Below, in pieces: positions 30,004 through 39,010 of a stretch of 64,000 nucleotides of DNA. The notes under the pieces were generated by a model. That model saw only the letters and a list, made by a program, of their open reading frames with translations. It was not told the origin of the DNA and did no database searches. The position numbers were made by a program, and so were the translations under genes. The stretch is from Clostridiales bacterium (lineage in GTDB: Bacteria > Bacillota > Clostridia > Oscillospirales > CAG-272): assembly GCA_012519315.1 (NCBI GenBank), contig JAAYQM010000100.1, forward strand, positions 23,312-87,311, written 5' to 3'. Every line of letters starts with the position of its first letter. Within the stretch, counting starts at the first letter, position 1.

Positions 30004-30699
30004 TTAATGAATTATAAGCTCGGGCAAATCAGAAATTGCGGTAATATTATAGTTAATGTCCATGTCCTTAGGTGCTTTTTCCCCCTCGGGATTGATCCAG
30101 CAAACATCAAGACCGGCGGCGATCCCTCCGGCAATATCAGAGGTTAGTGAATCGCCAACAACTAGCATATCTTCCCTATTTGCGCCCTTAATTTGTTCGA
30201 GCACATAGTCAAAATATGCCACATTCGGCTTTGCAAAGCCGATTTTCTCCGAAACAAAGATGTCGGAAATATATTGAGCGATCGGGGACTGTTTAATTCT
30301 GCTTAATTGAACGGTGTATATTCCGTTTGTGATAATATACAGTTTTGCATATCTGTGCAGCAACTCACAAGCCTCAAGAGCCCCGGTTAGCAGATATCGT
30401 TTTGTAGCGAGCCTCTTTACATAATCGGTGCTTATATTGCTTGTATTAAAGTTTAGACCGGATATCTCGGACAATCTTTTGAAGCGAAGGGTTCGTATAT
30501 TATCCTTGCTTATCTCCCCTCGCTCAAATTCCTTCCAAAGGAGATCATTTATCTCAGAGTAAAGACTAATCAATCGGTCATCAGGGGTGATACCGTGAAG
30601 TTGCAGCGCCTCGGTCAGCGCCTCCCGTTCGGAACGCTTAAAATCAAAAAGCGTTTCGTCGGCATCAAGCAGAAGAATTTTATATTTTTTGTTCATCAT
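30004..30699 (-). CDS. HAD-IA hydrolase, YjjG-like noncanonical pyrimidine nucleotidase
   Basis: LLDADETLFDF (DxDxT-type motif I) and VGDSLTSDIAGG (motif IV) are present. Confidence 0.8.
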   Translation of the reverse strand: MMNKKYKILLLDADETLFDFKRSEREALTEALQLHGITPDDRLISLYSEINDLLWKEFERGEISKDNIRTLRFKRLSEISGLNFNTSNISTDYVKRLATKRYLLTGALEACELLHRYAKLYIITNGIYTVQLSRIKQSPIAQYISDIFVSEKIGFAKPNVAYFDYVLEQIKGANREDMLVVGDSLTSDIAGGIAAGLDVCWINPEGEKAPKDMDINYNITAISDLPELIIH

Positions 30700-30716
30700 T
30701 GAAATCTCACCGCTTT

Positions 30717-31943
30717 CTATGCAAGAACGAAGCGATGATAGGTTTTTTTGCCCTTTTTAATGATAACTTCCTTGCCGTCGAAATCGGCAATAGCCACAGT
30801 TGCGTCAAAGCGCTCGACCTTTTTGTTGTTAAGCATAACGCCGCCCTGTTGGATCAGTCTTTTCGCTTCTGCTTTGGAGGGGGCCAGCTTAGATTTGCAT
30901 AAAAGCTCTGTTATGGCAATAACGCCATCAACAAAATCGGTTGAAGCAATCTCGGTAGTAGGCATATTTTCGCTTCGCCCCGCGCCCGAAAAAACCTGAC
31001 GTGCCGTCTCAAGAGCACGGTCAGCCTCTTCTTTGCTATGAATAAGGGCGGTCAGCTCATAAGCGAGCTTTTCCTTGGCAACGTTCAGCTCACTGCCGGT
31101 CATCTTTTCATATTCGGCGATTTCTTCAAGAGGCATGAAGGTTAGCATTTTCATGCAATTTATAACATCGGCGTCGTCGATATTTCTCCAGTATTGGAAA
31201 AAGTCGTAGGGCGGAGTCTTTTCGGGATCAAGCCAAAGGGCGCCCTTTTCGGTTTTGCCCATTTTTCTGCCGTCACTTGTAAGGAGCAGCTTGAAGGTGA
31301 GGCCGTACACCTCCTTACCGGTCTTACGGCGCACAAGCTCAACGCCGCCGATGATGTTAGACCACTGGTCATCTCCGCCGAATTGGAGACGACAGCCATA
31401 GTCGCAGAACAGACGATAGAAATCGTAACTCTGCATCAGCATATAGTTGAATTCAAGGAAGGTAAGTCCGGTCTCAAGACGAGATTTGTAGCACTCGGCG
31501 GCAAGCATTCTGTTTATCGAGAAATGCGGACCGACATCCCGAAGAAATTCGATATAATTAAGATTGTTCAGCCAATCGCCATTATTAATGAAAAGCGCCT
31601 TTCCGTCCGAAATGTCAATAAATTTTGACATCTGCTTTTTAAACTGCTCTACGTTATTGTTGATTTCGTCAGGCGTCATCATTCTTCTCATATCGTTTTT
31701 ACCGGAGGGGTCGCCGACCATGGCTGTTCCGGTGCCGAAAATAGCGATCGGCATATGACCGGCACGCTGCATATGCGCCATTATCTTAAGCTGGATAAAA
31801 TGTCCGATATGCAGGCTGTAGGCTGTCGGATCAAATCCGACATAGAAAACAACCTTTTCGTTATCCAGCATTTTTTCGATTGCCTCTTGATTTGTCGCCT
31901 GTGCGATCATTCCTCTATCTGAAAATTCTTTAAACAGTCCCAT
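30717..31943 (-). CDS. tyrS: Tyrosine--tRNA ligase
   Basis: The HIGH motif (SLHIGHFIQL), a KMSKS-equivalent (KMGKT) and a C-terminal S4 domain are present. ATG at 31943 lies 8 nt after GGAAAGGA and is inside the recN 3' end. TAG stop. Confidence 0.95.
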   Translation of the reverse strand: MGLFKEFSDRGMIAQATNQEAIEKMLDNEKVVFYVGFDPTAYSLHIGHFIQLKIMAHMQRAGHMPIAIFGTGTAMVGDPSGKNDMRRMMTPDEINNNVEQFKKQMSKFIDISDGKALFINNGDWLNNLNYIEFLRDVGPHFSINRMLAAECYKSRLETGLTFLEFNYMLMQSYDFYRLFCDYGCRLQFGGDDQWSNIIGGVELVRRKTGKEVYGLTFKLLLTSDGRKMGKTEKGALWLDPEKTPPYDFFQYWRNIDDADVINCMKMLTFMPLEEIAEYEKMTGSELNVAKEKLAYELTALIHSKEEADRALETARQVFSGAGRSENMPTTEIASTDFVDGVIAITELLCKSKLAPSKAEAKRLIQQGGVMLNNKKVERFDATVAIADFDGKEVIIKKGKKTYHRFVLA

Positions 31944-33648
31944 TTGGGTTATCCTTTCCATTTGAAAATTCTTCTATCATTTCTACAGCGGCCAGCCGCT
32001 GTGCATCGGTTATGTTAATACCGCCTAAAATACGGGCAATTTCCGAAATACGCCCCTTCATGTCCAGCAAGCTCACCGACGTTTCAGACCTACCGTTCTT
32101 TTCGGTTTTCTCGATGACTATATGTTGGTGTGCAAGGGAGGCAATCTGCGCCGAATGGGTGACGCAAATCACCTGTGCGCCACCGGCGATATCCCTTAGC
32201 TTTATGCCGATTTTCCGCGCAGTACTGCCCGAGACGCCGGAATCAATTTCGTCAAAAATAATAGTCCCTACGCCATCCCCCTCGGCAAGGACGCTCTTAA
32301 TCGCAAGTATGATGCGGGAAAGCTCACCTCCCGAGGCAATTTTCGCTAAGGAATCGGGAGGGAGTCCCGGATTTGCTGAAATCAGAAACTCAATATCATC
32401 CACACCGGTTTTTGTAAACTTATCACTGCCGTCGGCATTTTTATATGGCTTGATACTCACCTCAAAAACAACCTTCGGCATATCAAGAAAACGCAACACC
32501 TCGCAAATCTCCTCAGCGAGGGTTTTTGCAGCCCCTTTTCTCCGTGCGGTAAGGCGAGAGGCGATCTCGGATGCCTGACCCTTTACATTGTCAAGCTCAT
32601 GCTTTAGCTGTTCAATAAGCGCCTCGGAGTTTTCGAGATTTTTAAGCCTTTTTTCGGCATCTTCTTTATACGCCAATATTTCACTGATAGTATTGCCATA
32701 TTTTCGCTTTAATCTATAAATTATATCCAATCTTTCTTCGATTTTATTTAGCCGGGTTACCACATCTTCTTCGGAATCGCCGAGATAAGAAAAAACCGTT
32801 TCGGCGATATCATCGATTTCATACTGATAATCCACCAGCTTTGAGGCAACGTCGGCGGCTTCGGGAATAACGTCCGAAATCATGTTCATAGCACGGGAAC
32901 AACGGTCAAGCAGGGCGACAACGCTGCCCTTTTCGCTGCCTTTAAGCGCTTTATAAGCAAAGCCTGCCTGCCTTGCAATCAGTTCTGCATTTTTTATCTT
33001 AGCCTTGTCGGCCTCCAGCTTCTCTTCCTCTCCGACTTTAAGGTTTGCAGCGCTTATATCTGCTATCTGAAACTTCAATATTTCGGAGAGACGGGCTGAC
33101 TCGGCATCATCCTGACTTAACTTAGCAATTTTATCATTCAGCTCCAGCATCTTTTCGTAGACGGTCTCATATTCGGCGCGAAGATCCTGACATTTTGCAT
33201 AAGAATCAAGTAAAGCCGTATGATTGCTCTTTTGCAGCAGCTGCTGGTTGTCATGCTGACCATGTATGTTAATTAGAAAGCGAGCAAGGTCCCTTTGAAG
33301 GGAGGCGGTAATGGTTCGTCCGTTAATCTTGCTCTGGGTGCGTCCGTCCTCGGTCATGCTTCTTTGCAGCAAAATTGCCCCCTCCTCATCAGGGTGAATC
33401 CCCATTTCGGCAAGGGCTGCCGCCGAGCTTTCTGAAAGATCGGCAAAAAGGGCCGAAACAAGAGCTCTGCTCTCCCCGGCTCTGATGATTTCTCTCGATG
33501 TTCGATTACCGATTAAAAAGTTGATGCTGTCAATAATAATAGACTTTCCTGCTCCCGTCTCACCGGTAAGAACGGTAAGCCCGCTGCTAAAGTCGATATC
33601 TACACATTTGATGACAGCAATATTCTCGATATGCAGCGATAATAGCAT
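31930..33648 (-). CDS. recN: DNA repair protein RecN
   Basis: 572 aa with Walker A GETGAGKS, a long coiled coil, the SMC signature ASGGELSR and Walker B IIFDEIDSG. Confidence 0.95.
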   Translation of the reverse strand: MLLSLHIENIAVIKCVDIDFSSGLTVLTGETGAGKSIIIDSINFLIGNRTSREIIRAGESRALVSALFADLSESSAAALAEMGIHPDEEGAILLQRSMTEDGRTQSKINGRTITASLQRDLARFLINIHGQHDNQQLLQKSNHTALLDSYAKCQDLRAEYETVYEKMLELNDKIAKLSQDDAESARLSEILKFQIADISAANLKVGEEEKLEADKAKIKNAELIARQAGFAYKALKGSEKGSVVALLDRCSRAMNMISDVIPEAADVASKLVDYQYEIDDIAETVFSYLGDSEEDVVTRLNKIEERLDIIYRLKRKYGNTISEILAYKEDAEKRLKNLENSEALIEQLKHELDNVKGQASEIASRLTARRKGAAKTLAEEICEVLRFLDMPKVVFEVSIKPYKNADGSDKFTKTGVDDIEFLISANPGLPPDSLAKIASGGELSRIILAIKSVLAEGDGVGTIIFDEIDSGVSGSTARKIGIKLRDIAGGAQVICVTHSAQIASLAHQHIVIEKTEKNGRSETSVSLLDMKGRISEIARILGGINITDAQRLAAVEMIEEFSNGKDNPNGTV

Positions 33649-33676
33649 CTCGCCTTATCCCCCTTTGGGAAATACT

Positions 33677-34129
33677 TTAAATTGTCCTCATCATTTGCTT
33701 GATCCGCTCACTGATTTCAACAGCCGACTGAGCATTTTGAATAACAATCATGATGGTATCATCACCGGCAACACAGCCAAGAATATCGCTGATGTTGATG
33801 GCATCAATGCCGGTAGCAACGGCCTGAGCCATGCCGGGATAGGTTTTAAGCACTATGATATTGCTAGCACAATCAACTTTTGTAATCGATTCGGTCAGGG
33901 CGCTGTTAAACCGCGGCGTGGTAGCCTCGTTTCGCACAGGCAAAAGATATTTATAGCTGCCCTTAGCGGTCATCACCTTTGAAAGCTTAAGCTCGCGGAT
34001 ATCGCGGGAAATGGTTGCCTGCGTTACCTCAAAGCCCACCTGCTTCAAGCGCTCAATCAATTCCTCCTGTGTCTCCACATCATATCTTTCGATAATCTCC
34101 AGTATTTTGCTGTGACGTCTGGTTTTCAT
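33677..34129 (-). CDS. argR: Arginine repressor
   Basis: The sequence reads MKTRRHSKILEIIERYDVETQEELIERLKQVGFEVTQATISRDIRELKL, with C-terminal GCVAGDDTIM. ATG lies 6 nt after GGTGGA. Confidence 0.92.
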   Translation of the reverse strand: MKTRRHSKILEIIERYDVETQEELIERLKQVGFEVTQATISRDIRELKLSKVMTAKGSYKYLLPVRNEATTPRFNSALTESITKVDCASNIIVLKTYPGMAQAVATGIDAINISDILGCVAGDDTIMIVIQNAQSAVEISERIKQMMRTI

Positions 34130-34246
34130 AATCAATCCACCTATTTACCAATTATGCAAAGTATGCAAAAAATCAATAAATTTATCCTATTCACATTATT
34201 GCTTTATCCGAATATCGGAACTCTGCTTTAATCGTAAGTATTCGCC

Positions 34247-35131
34247 TTAGAGAATGGAGCTTAATTTATTATGCAGCACACTGAAAAAGCGGCTTTCCTT
34301 CATACTGATCAGCCTTGCCTTTTTATTTGATCTGGCAATTCTCACAAAGTAGCCCTGCTCGAGTCTGTTCGCCCCTTGGCCGTCTACTGTGAGATAAAGG
34401 CATTCCTCACGATCGCAAGTATTCTCTATCATCAGGACATCATCCCCGGAGAATATAAGCGGACGAGCCGACAAAGCGTGAGGGCAGATCGGAGTTACGC
34501 ACATACAGTCCATGTGGGGCGCGAGAACCGGACCGCCTGCTGCCATTGAATAGGCCGTCGAGCCGGTCGGCGTTGCCACAATCAATCCGTCGGCACGATA
34601 ATCAGCCACCGGATCCTTCCCGGAAAAGAGACGGATATCAACTATTCTTGAAACGGTTCCATGAGAAACAACGGCGTCATTTAAGGCGCTGGAATTGATA
34701 CATGAAACAACCTCGCCGTTTGGGTTGATAATTTCTACTCTAAGTGTCATGCGCTCCTTTATGCTATACTCATCGGTAAAAAGCTTTTTGAGCATATGAA
34801 GCTCATTCTTTTCAAGCTCGGCTATATAACCTATCCTTCCAAGATTGATTCCCAGAATGGGAATATTAAGCGGGATGGCGTCCCGTGCCGCGTCAAGAAT
34901 GGTACCGTCCCCCCCAAGCACAAGAATAATATCAGCATCGGACAGCTTGCTTTGGCACGATGTGAAGCTGATACATTTTGGCAGATCGGGGAAGACCGCC
35001 CGAATATGCTTTTCAAACCCCGACTGTATGCTGATAACACAGTCCTCCCGGGCAAGGATACGTATCGCTTCACAAGTGTAAAGCAAGTCTGAATCCTTGT
35101 GACTGTTTGTAAATATGGCGATACGTTTCAT
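34247..35131 (-). CDS. nadK: NAD(+) kinase
   Basis: GGDGT and the TPTGSTAYSMAAGGP motif are present. ATG follows GAGGGAG. Confidence 0.92.
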   Translation of the reverse strand: MKRIAIFTNSHKDSDLLYTCEAIRILAREDCVISIQSGFEKHIRAVFPDLPKCISFTSCQSKLSDADIILVLGGDGTILDAARDAIPLNIPILGINLGRIGYIAELEKNELHMLKKLFTDEYSIKERMTLRVEIINPNGEVVSCINSSALNDAVVSHGTVSRIVDIRLFSGKDPVADYRADGLIVATPTGSTAYSMAAGGPVLAPHMDCMCVTPICPHALSARPLIFSGDDVLMIENTCDREECLYLTVDGQGANRLEQGYFVRIARSNKKARLISMKESRFFSVLHNKLSSIL

Positions 35132-35213
35132 ATTCTCCCTCATATTTTGCATCCCCGAACATACTAAAGGGATGCATTGTTATTTCTTAATTAAAAATCT
35201 CTATCTTTTGTTT

Positions 35214-36011
35214 TTATATGTCTCTGCTATATATATCGGCAGTAATTTCCGAAATTTTACGGTCATTTGGACGATTATAATGAGGATATCGGTTGTAAAA
35301 GCAGGCAAAATACTCCAAATTGCCGTCCCCGCCTGCTATCGGCGAGGGAATGACCCCCTTACAGCAAAAACCGTTTTCCTCGGCGCAATCAAGAACCCGT
35401 ATGACAGCGTCCCGACGGGCAGCGGCCGATTTGACAATGCCCCCTTTTCCGATATTTTGGCGACCGGACTCAAACTGCGGCTTTATAAGGGTGATAAAAG
35501 GAGCTCCGTCCTTTAATACCGGAGGCAGAGCGGGAAGAATCAATGTTTGCGATATAAAGGAGACATCCATTACCGCCATGTCAAAACAAAAACCGAAATC
35601 ATCATATTTTATGTTTCGCGCATTGTATTTGTCAATGCTGACCACACGGGGATTTTCGACAAGGGAGGGATGCAGCTGTCCACTTCCGACATCCAGAGCA
35701 TAAACCCTTGCTGCGCCGTGCCGGAGCAGACATTCGGTAAACCCTCCGGTTGAAGCGCCGATATCAACGGCGCAAAGTCCTGAAACATCTATCTCAAAGG
35801 TACGGATGGCCGCCTCCAGCTTTTCCCCGCCGCGACCGACAAATCTATTGCCGTCCTCTCCGACTTCAATACGATCTCCCTCAAAGACCTCAAGAGAGGG
35901 CTTTGTCACGATTTTCCCGTTAACAGAAACAAGCCCGGCCTCAACCATCTCCTTTGCCCGCTCACGTCCGGAGGATTTCCCGTGTTTTACAAGATATTTA
36001 TCAATTCTCAC
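35214..36011 (-). CDS. tlyA: TlyA family rRNA (cytidine-2'-O)-methyltransferase
   Basis: It has an S4 domain N-terminus (RIDKYLVKHG) and an FtsJ-like core (DIGASTGGFT). GTG start. Confidence 0.9.
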   Translation of the reverse strand: MRIDKYLVKHGKSSGRERAKEMVEAGLVSVNGKIVTKPSLEVFEGDRIEVGEDGNRFVGRGGEKLEAAIRTFEIDVSGLCAVDIGASTGGFTECLLRHGAARVYALDVGSGQLHPSLVENPRVVSIDKYNARNIKYDDFGFCFDMAVMDVSFISQTLILPALPPVLKDGAPFITLIKPQFESGRQNIGKGGIVKSAAARRDAVIRVLDCAEENGFCCKGVIPSPIAGGDGNLEYFACFYNRYPHYNRPNDRKISEITADIYSRDI

Positions 36012-36083
36012 CGCTATACCTGTTTGTTGCTCTTATTTTACCATAAAAGCGAATTTCTTTCAATAGATTATAGATTTAAGCTT

Positions 36084-36542
36084 CTATTTAAAAAACAATG
36101 AAACAACAAGAGCTACCAGAATGCCAAGAAGGGCGCCGGCAAACACCTCCACCGGCGTATGTCCGATAAGCTCCTTGAGATCCTTGTTTGCAATCTCCGT
36201 TTCCCCTTTCAGGAGATGTTGGATCAGCTTGTTTAAAGCCTTTGCCTGCTCGCCCGCCGCTCTTCGCACCCCGGCGGCATCGTACATGACAATTAAAGAG
36301 AGAATGAATGTAATGGCAAATTCGTGGGAATCAAGACCGCATACAATTGCGGTTGAGGTAGTCATAGCGCAAACCGAGGATGAATGGGAACTGGGCATTC
36401 CTCCCGAAGCTACAAAGAGCGAAAAGCTGAATTCGCGCCTTTTAAAATTATTGGTAAATATCTTCAGCACTTGAGCCAAAAACCAAGCTATTATCGCGCT
36501 GACTAAAATTTGATTTCCGAAAAAAGATTTAATTGCAGACAC
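36084..36542 (-). CDS. Divergent PAP2 family membrane protein (DUF212 / acid phosphatase-haloperoxidase related)
   Basis: 152 aa with GGMPSSHS and the YDAAGVRR motif. TAG stop. Confidence 0.85.
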   Translation of the reverse strand: MSAIKSFFGNQILVSAIIAWFLAQVLKIFTNNFKRREFSFSLFVASGGMPSSHSSSVCAMTTSTAIVCGLDSHEFAITFILSLIVMYDAAGVRRAAGEQAKALNKLIQHLLKGETEIANKDLKELIGHTPVEVFAGALLGILVALVVSLFFK

Positions 36543-36598
36543 CTGTCCCCCTGTGATATTACCTAATTAATTAAGCGGCATATCTGTTTTTATACAAT

Positions 36599-37489
36599 TT
36601 ATTTTTTTCTGTCCAGCATGTAAAGGGCAAAGTCGCAAAGCGTATCTGCCCCCTTATATTTTGCGATGGCCTCACAGGCCTCCTCGGTCATTTCCTTTGC
36701 GACATTGCGGGCCTTATCCGGCGTCATAAAACTGAGATAGGTAGTTTTTTTGCTCTTCTCGTCGCTACCGGTTGCTTTACCAAGCTACACCGCATCCCCT
36801 TCACGATCAAGTATATCATCAATAATCTGAAATGCAAGACCGATTCCCTCGGCATAGCGCGCCGCGTCAAGGTGACACCGGTCATCGGCGCCCGCTGCAC
36901 AACAGCCGAGACCTGCCGCCGCTTGAATAAGAGCTCCCGTTTTGTGCCGGTGCATTTTTTTCAGCTTTTGGAGATTATATGCCTTCTTTTCTCCCAGCAT
37001 ATCCATAACCTGACCGGCTACCATTCCCTGCCGTCCCGACGCGCGAGATAGCAAAAGAGCCGCCTTGATTCGATCCTCGTTTGAAACGAGTGCATTGGCG
37101 GCAATTGTTTCAAATGCGAGAATTGACAATGCATCCCCCGCAAGGAGTGCCATATCCTCCCCAAAGACAAGATGGTTCGTCGGTCGTCCGCGGCGGAGAT
37201 CGTCGTTGTCCATGCAGGGCAGATCGTCATGAATCAGGGAAAAGCAATGAATCATTTCCACAGCAGAGGCAAAAGGAAGGGCGGCGATGGGATCTCCTCC
37301 AAACAGCTTGCAAAACTCAAGGGTTAAAAAGGGGCGAATACGCTTACCGCCGCCAAGAGTGCTGTACCTCATCCCGCGAATAAGCAGATCGTAATCCTCA
37401 TCTGTGACAGAAAGTATGGCTGAAAGGGAATCCTCGATTTTTTGCGCCGATTCGGTCAATAATGATTCGATTCTCTCATTTTTGCTCAC
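36599..37489 (-). pseudogene. ispA: (E)-prenyl diphosphate synthase (farnesyl/geranylgeranyl-PP synthase, IspA type) interrupted by one in-frame TAG at 36785-36787
   Basis: The GTG at 37489 overlaps the xseB stop (GTGA). FARM motif HDDLPCMDNDD and SARM motif FQIIDDILD are present. The sequence then reads REGDAV-TAG-LGKATGSDEKSKKTTYLSF... in the same frame, ending at TAA 36599-36601. Confidence 0.85.
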
Positions 37490-37737
37490 TTTTGAGTGCC
37501 TCCGGCAAAATCCTCTTCGGTCAAGGTTCCGTCCTCGCCTTTTACCAGTATTTTCACCCTCTGTTCGGCATGATCCAGCTTTGAATTGCACAGCTTTACA
37601 AGGGCGATGCCTTCCTCAAAAAGAGCGATAGAGCTATCAAGGGGAACGTCGCCGCCCTCCATGGTGCGTACGATTTCCTCAAGTCTTGAGATCGCACTTT
37701 CAAATGTGTGCTCGGTAGTCTCCGCTTTTTTGTTCAT
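37486..37737 (-). CDS. xseB: Exodeoxyribonuclease VII small subunit
   Basis: 83 aa containing FESAISRLEEIV..ME.GDVPLD.SIALFEEG..L...C...L..AE. Confidence 0.9.
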   Translation of the reverse strand: MNKKAETTEHTFESAISRLEEIVRTMEGGDVPLDSSIALFEEGIALVKLCNSKLDHAEQRVKILVKGEDGTLTEEDFAGGTQK

Positions 37738-37792
37738 AAACTATATCCTCGTTTATATTATTTTTATCAATTAATGAATTACAATGCGTATT

Positions 37793-39010
37793 TTACAAGG
37801 TCTGCTCAACTTTGCTAACGGCTCCGTGAATGATACCGTCTGTTACCTTGATTTGAATGCTATCGCCGGGCTTCACGTCCTCAGTAGAACGAACAATACG
37901 CCCGTCCCCGGCAAAGGAAACCGAATATCCTCGTGAAAGAATGGCAAGGGGACTCAGGGCATCCAGCTGGGCTCCGTATTTTGCCAGCAAATTTCGTTTA
38001 AGTAAATGGCTGCTCTCAACCGTCCTTATCATTCTGTCATGAAGGGAAAGCACCAGCATCCGGCGATCGTCGGTCAGACGTTCGGGAGAAAGCAACGGAC
38101 GGCGGGTTGCGTGAAGCCTGAGCAGTTCTTTTTTCTGTGCGATTATTTGATTAAGGGATGATGCGGTTTTTGTGATAATGTAATTAAATTTTTCTTTTAA
38201 TTCCGCGGTTTCGGGTACGGCAATCTCGGCGGCCGCCGACGGAGTGGGCGCCCTTCTGTCGGCAACAAAATCACAGATGGTAAAGTCGGTTTCATGTCCG
38301 ACTGCGGAAATTACCGGAATAACCGATGCCGCAATAGCCCGTGCCAGCCCCTCGTCGTTGAATGCCCAAAGATCCTCAATTGAACCGCCTCCACGACCGA
38401 TAATAATGACATCAACCGGACAGCTGTCATTAAAATGAGAAAGACCTGCTATCAGCTGCTCGGGAGCCTCCGGTCCCTGCACCAGTGCAGGGTAAAGGAT
38501 TGCTTTTGCAAAGGGAAAGCGTCTGCCGAGAATGTTGATTATATCCCGGACCGCCGCCCCGGTGGGGGATGTAATAATGCCTACCCTTGCCGGAATCTTT
38601 GGCAGTGGACGTTTTCGGCGAGGGTCAAAAAGACCTTCGCTCTCTAGCTTTTTTTTAAGCTGTTCGAAGGCGAAATAGAGGGATCCTATGCCGTCCGGCT
38701 GCATATCATCCACATACAGCTGATACTGCCCGTCGCGCACAAAGGCAGACACTCGACCGTGGGCAATAATCTTCATACCGTTCTCGGGGACAAACTTCAG
38801 CTTTGATGCGGCAGAGCGAAACATAACCCCACGAATAAGACTCCCCTCATCCTTAATGGTAAAATAAAGATGACCGCTCCTGTGGTTGGTAAAGTTGGAA
38901 ATCTCCCCCTTGACAAAGACGCTTGACAAAAGACCGTCACTGTCAATAAGCATTTTTATATAGTTGTTCAGCTGTGTGACTGTCAGAATGTTTTTCTTTT
39001 CCTCGGTCAT
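37793..39010 (-). CDS. xseA: Exodeoxyribonuclease VII large subunit
   Basis: 405 aa with an OB-fold N-terminus (LTVTQLNNYIK...V.GEISNF..H.SGHLYF.IKD) and IIGRGGGS..DLWAFN. Confidence 0.95.
   Translation of the reverse strand: MTEEKKNILTVTQLNNYIKMLIDSDGLLSSVFVKGEISNFTNHRSGHLYFTIKDEGSLIRGVMFRSAASKLKFVPENGMKIIAHGRVSAFVRDGQYQLYVDDMQPDGIGSLYFAFEQLKKKLESEGLFDPRRKRPLPKIPARVGIITSPTGAAVRDIINILGRRFPFAKAILYPALVQGPEAPEQLIAGLSHFNDSCPVDVIIIGRGGGSIEDLWAFNDEGLARAIAASVIPVISAVGHETDFTICDFVADRRAPTPSAAAEIAVPETAELKEKFNYIITKTASSLNQIIAQKKELLRLHATRRPLLSPERLTDDRRMLVLSLHDRMIRTVESSHLLKRNLLAKYGAQLDALSPLAILSRGYSVSFAGDGRIVRSTEDVKPGDSIQIKVTDGIIHGAVSKVEQTL

Noticed and set aside
36785-36787. The in-frame TAG in ispA as evidence for pyrrolysine decoding or genome-wide amber reassignment. 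A corrinoid protein and a RACo-like gene are also in the window.
   Set aside because: TAG terminates at least 12 other well-defined genes here at their expected ends. No pylT/S/B/C/D or Pyl-type methylamine methyltransferase is visible. ispA is not a known Pyl protein. This is kept only as a remote alternative under the ispA finding.
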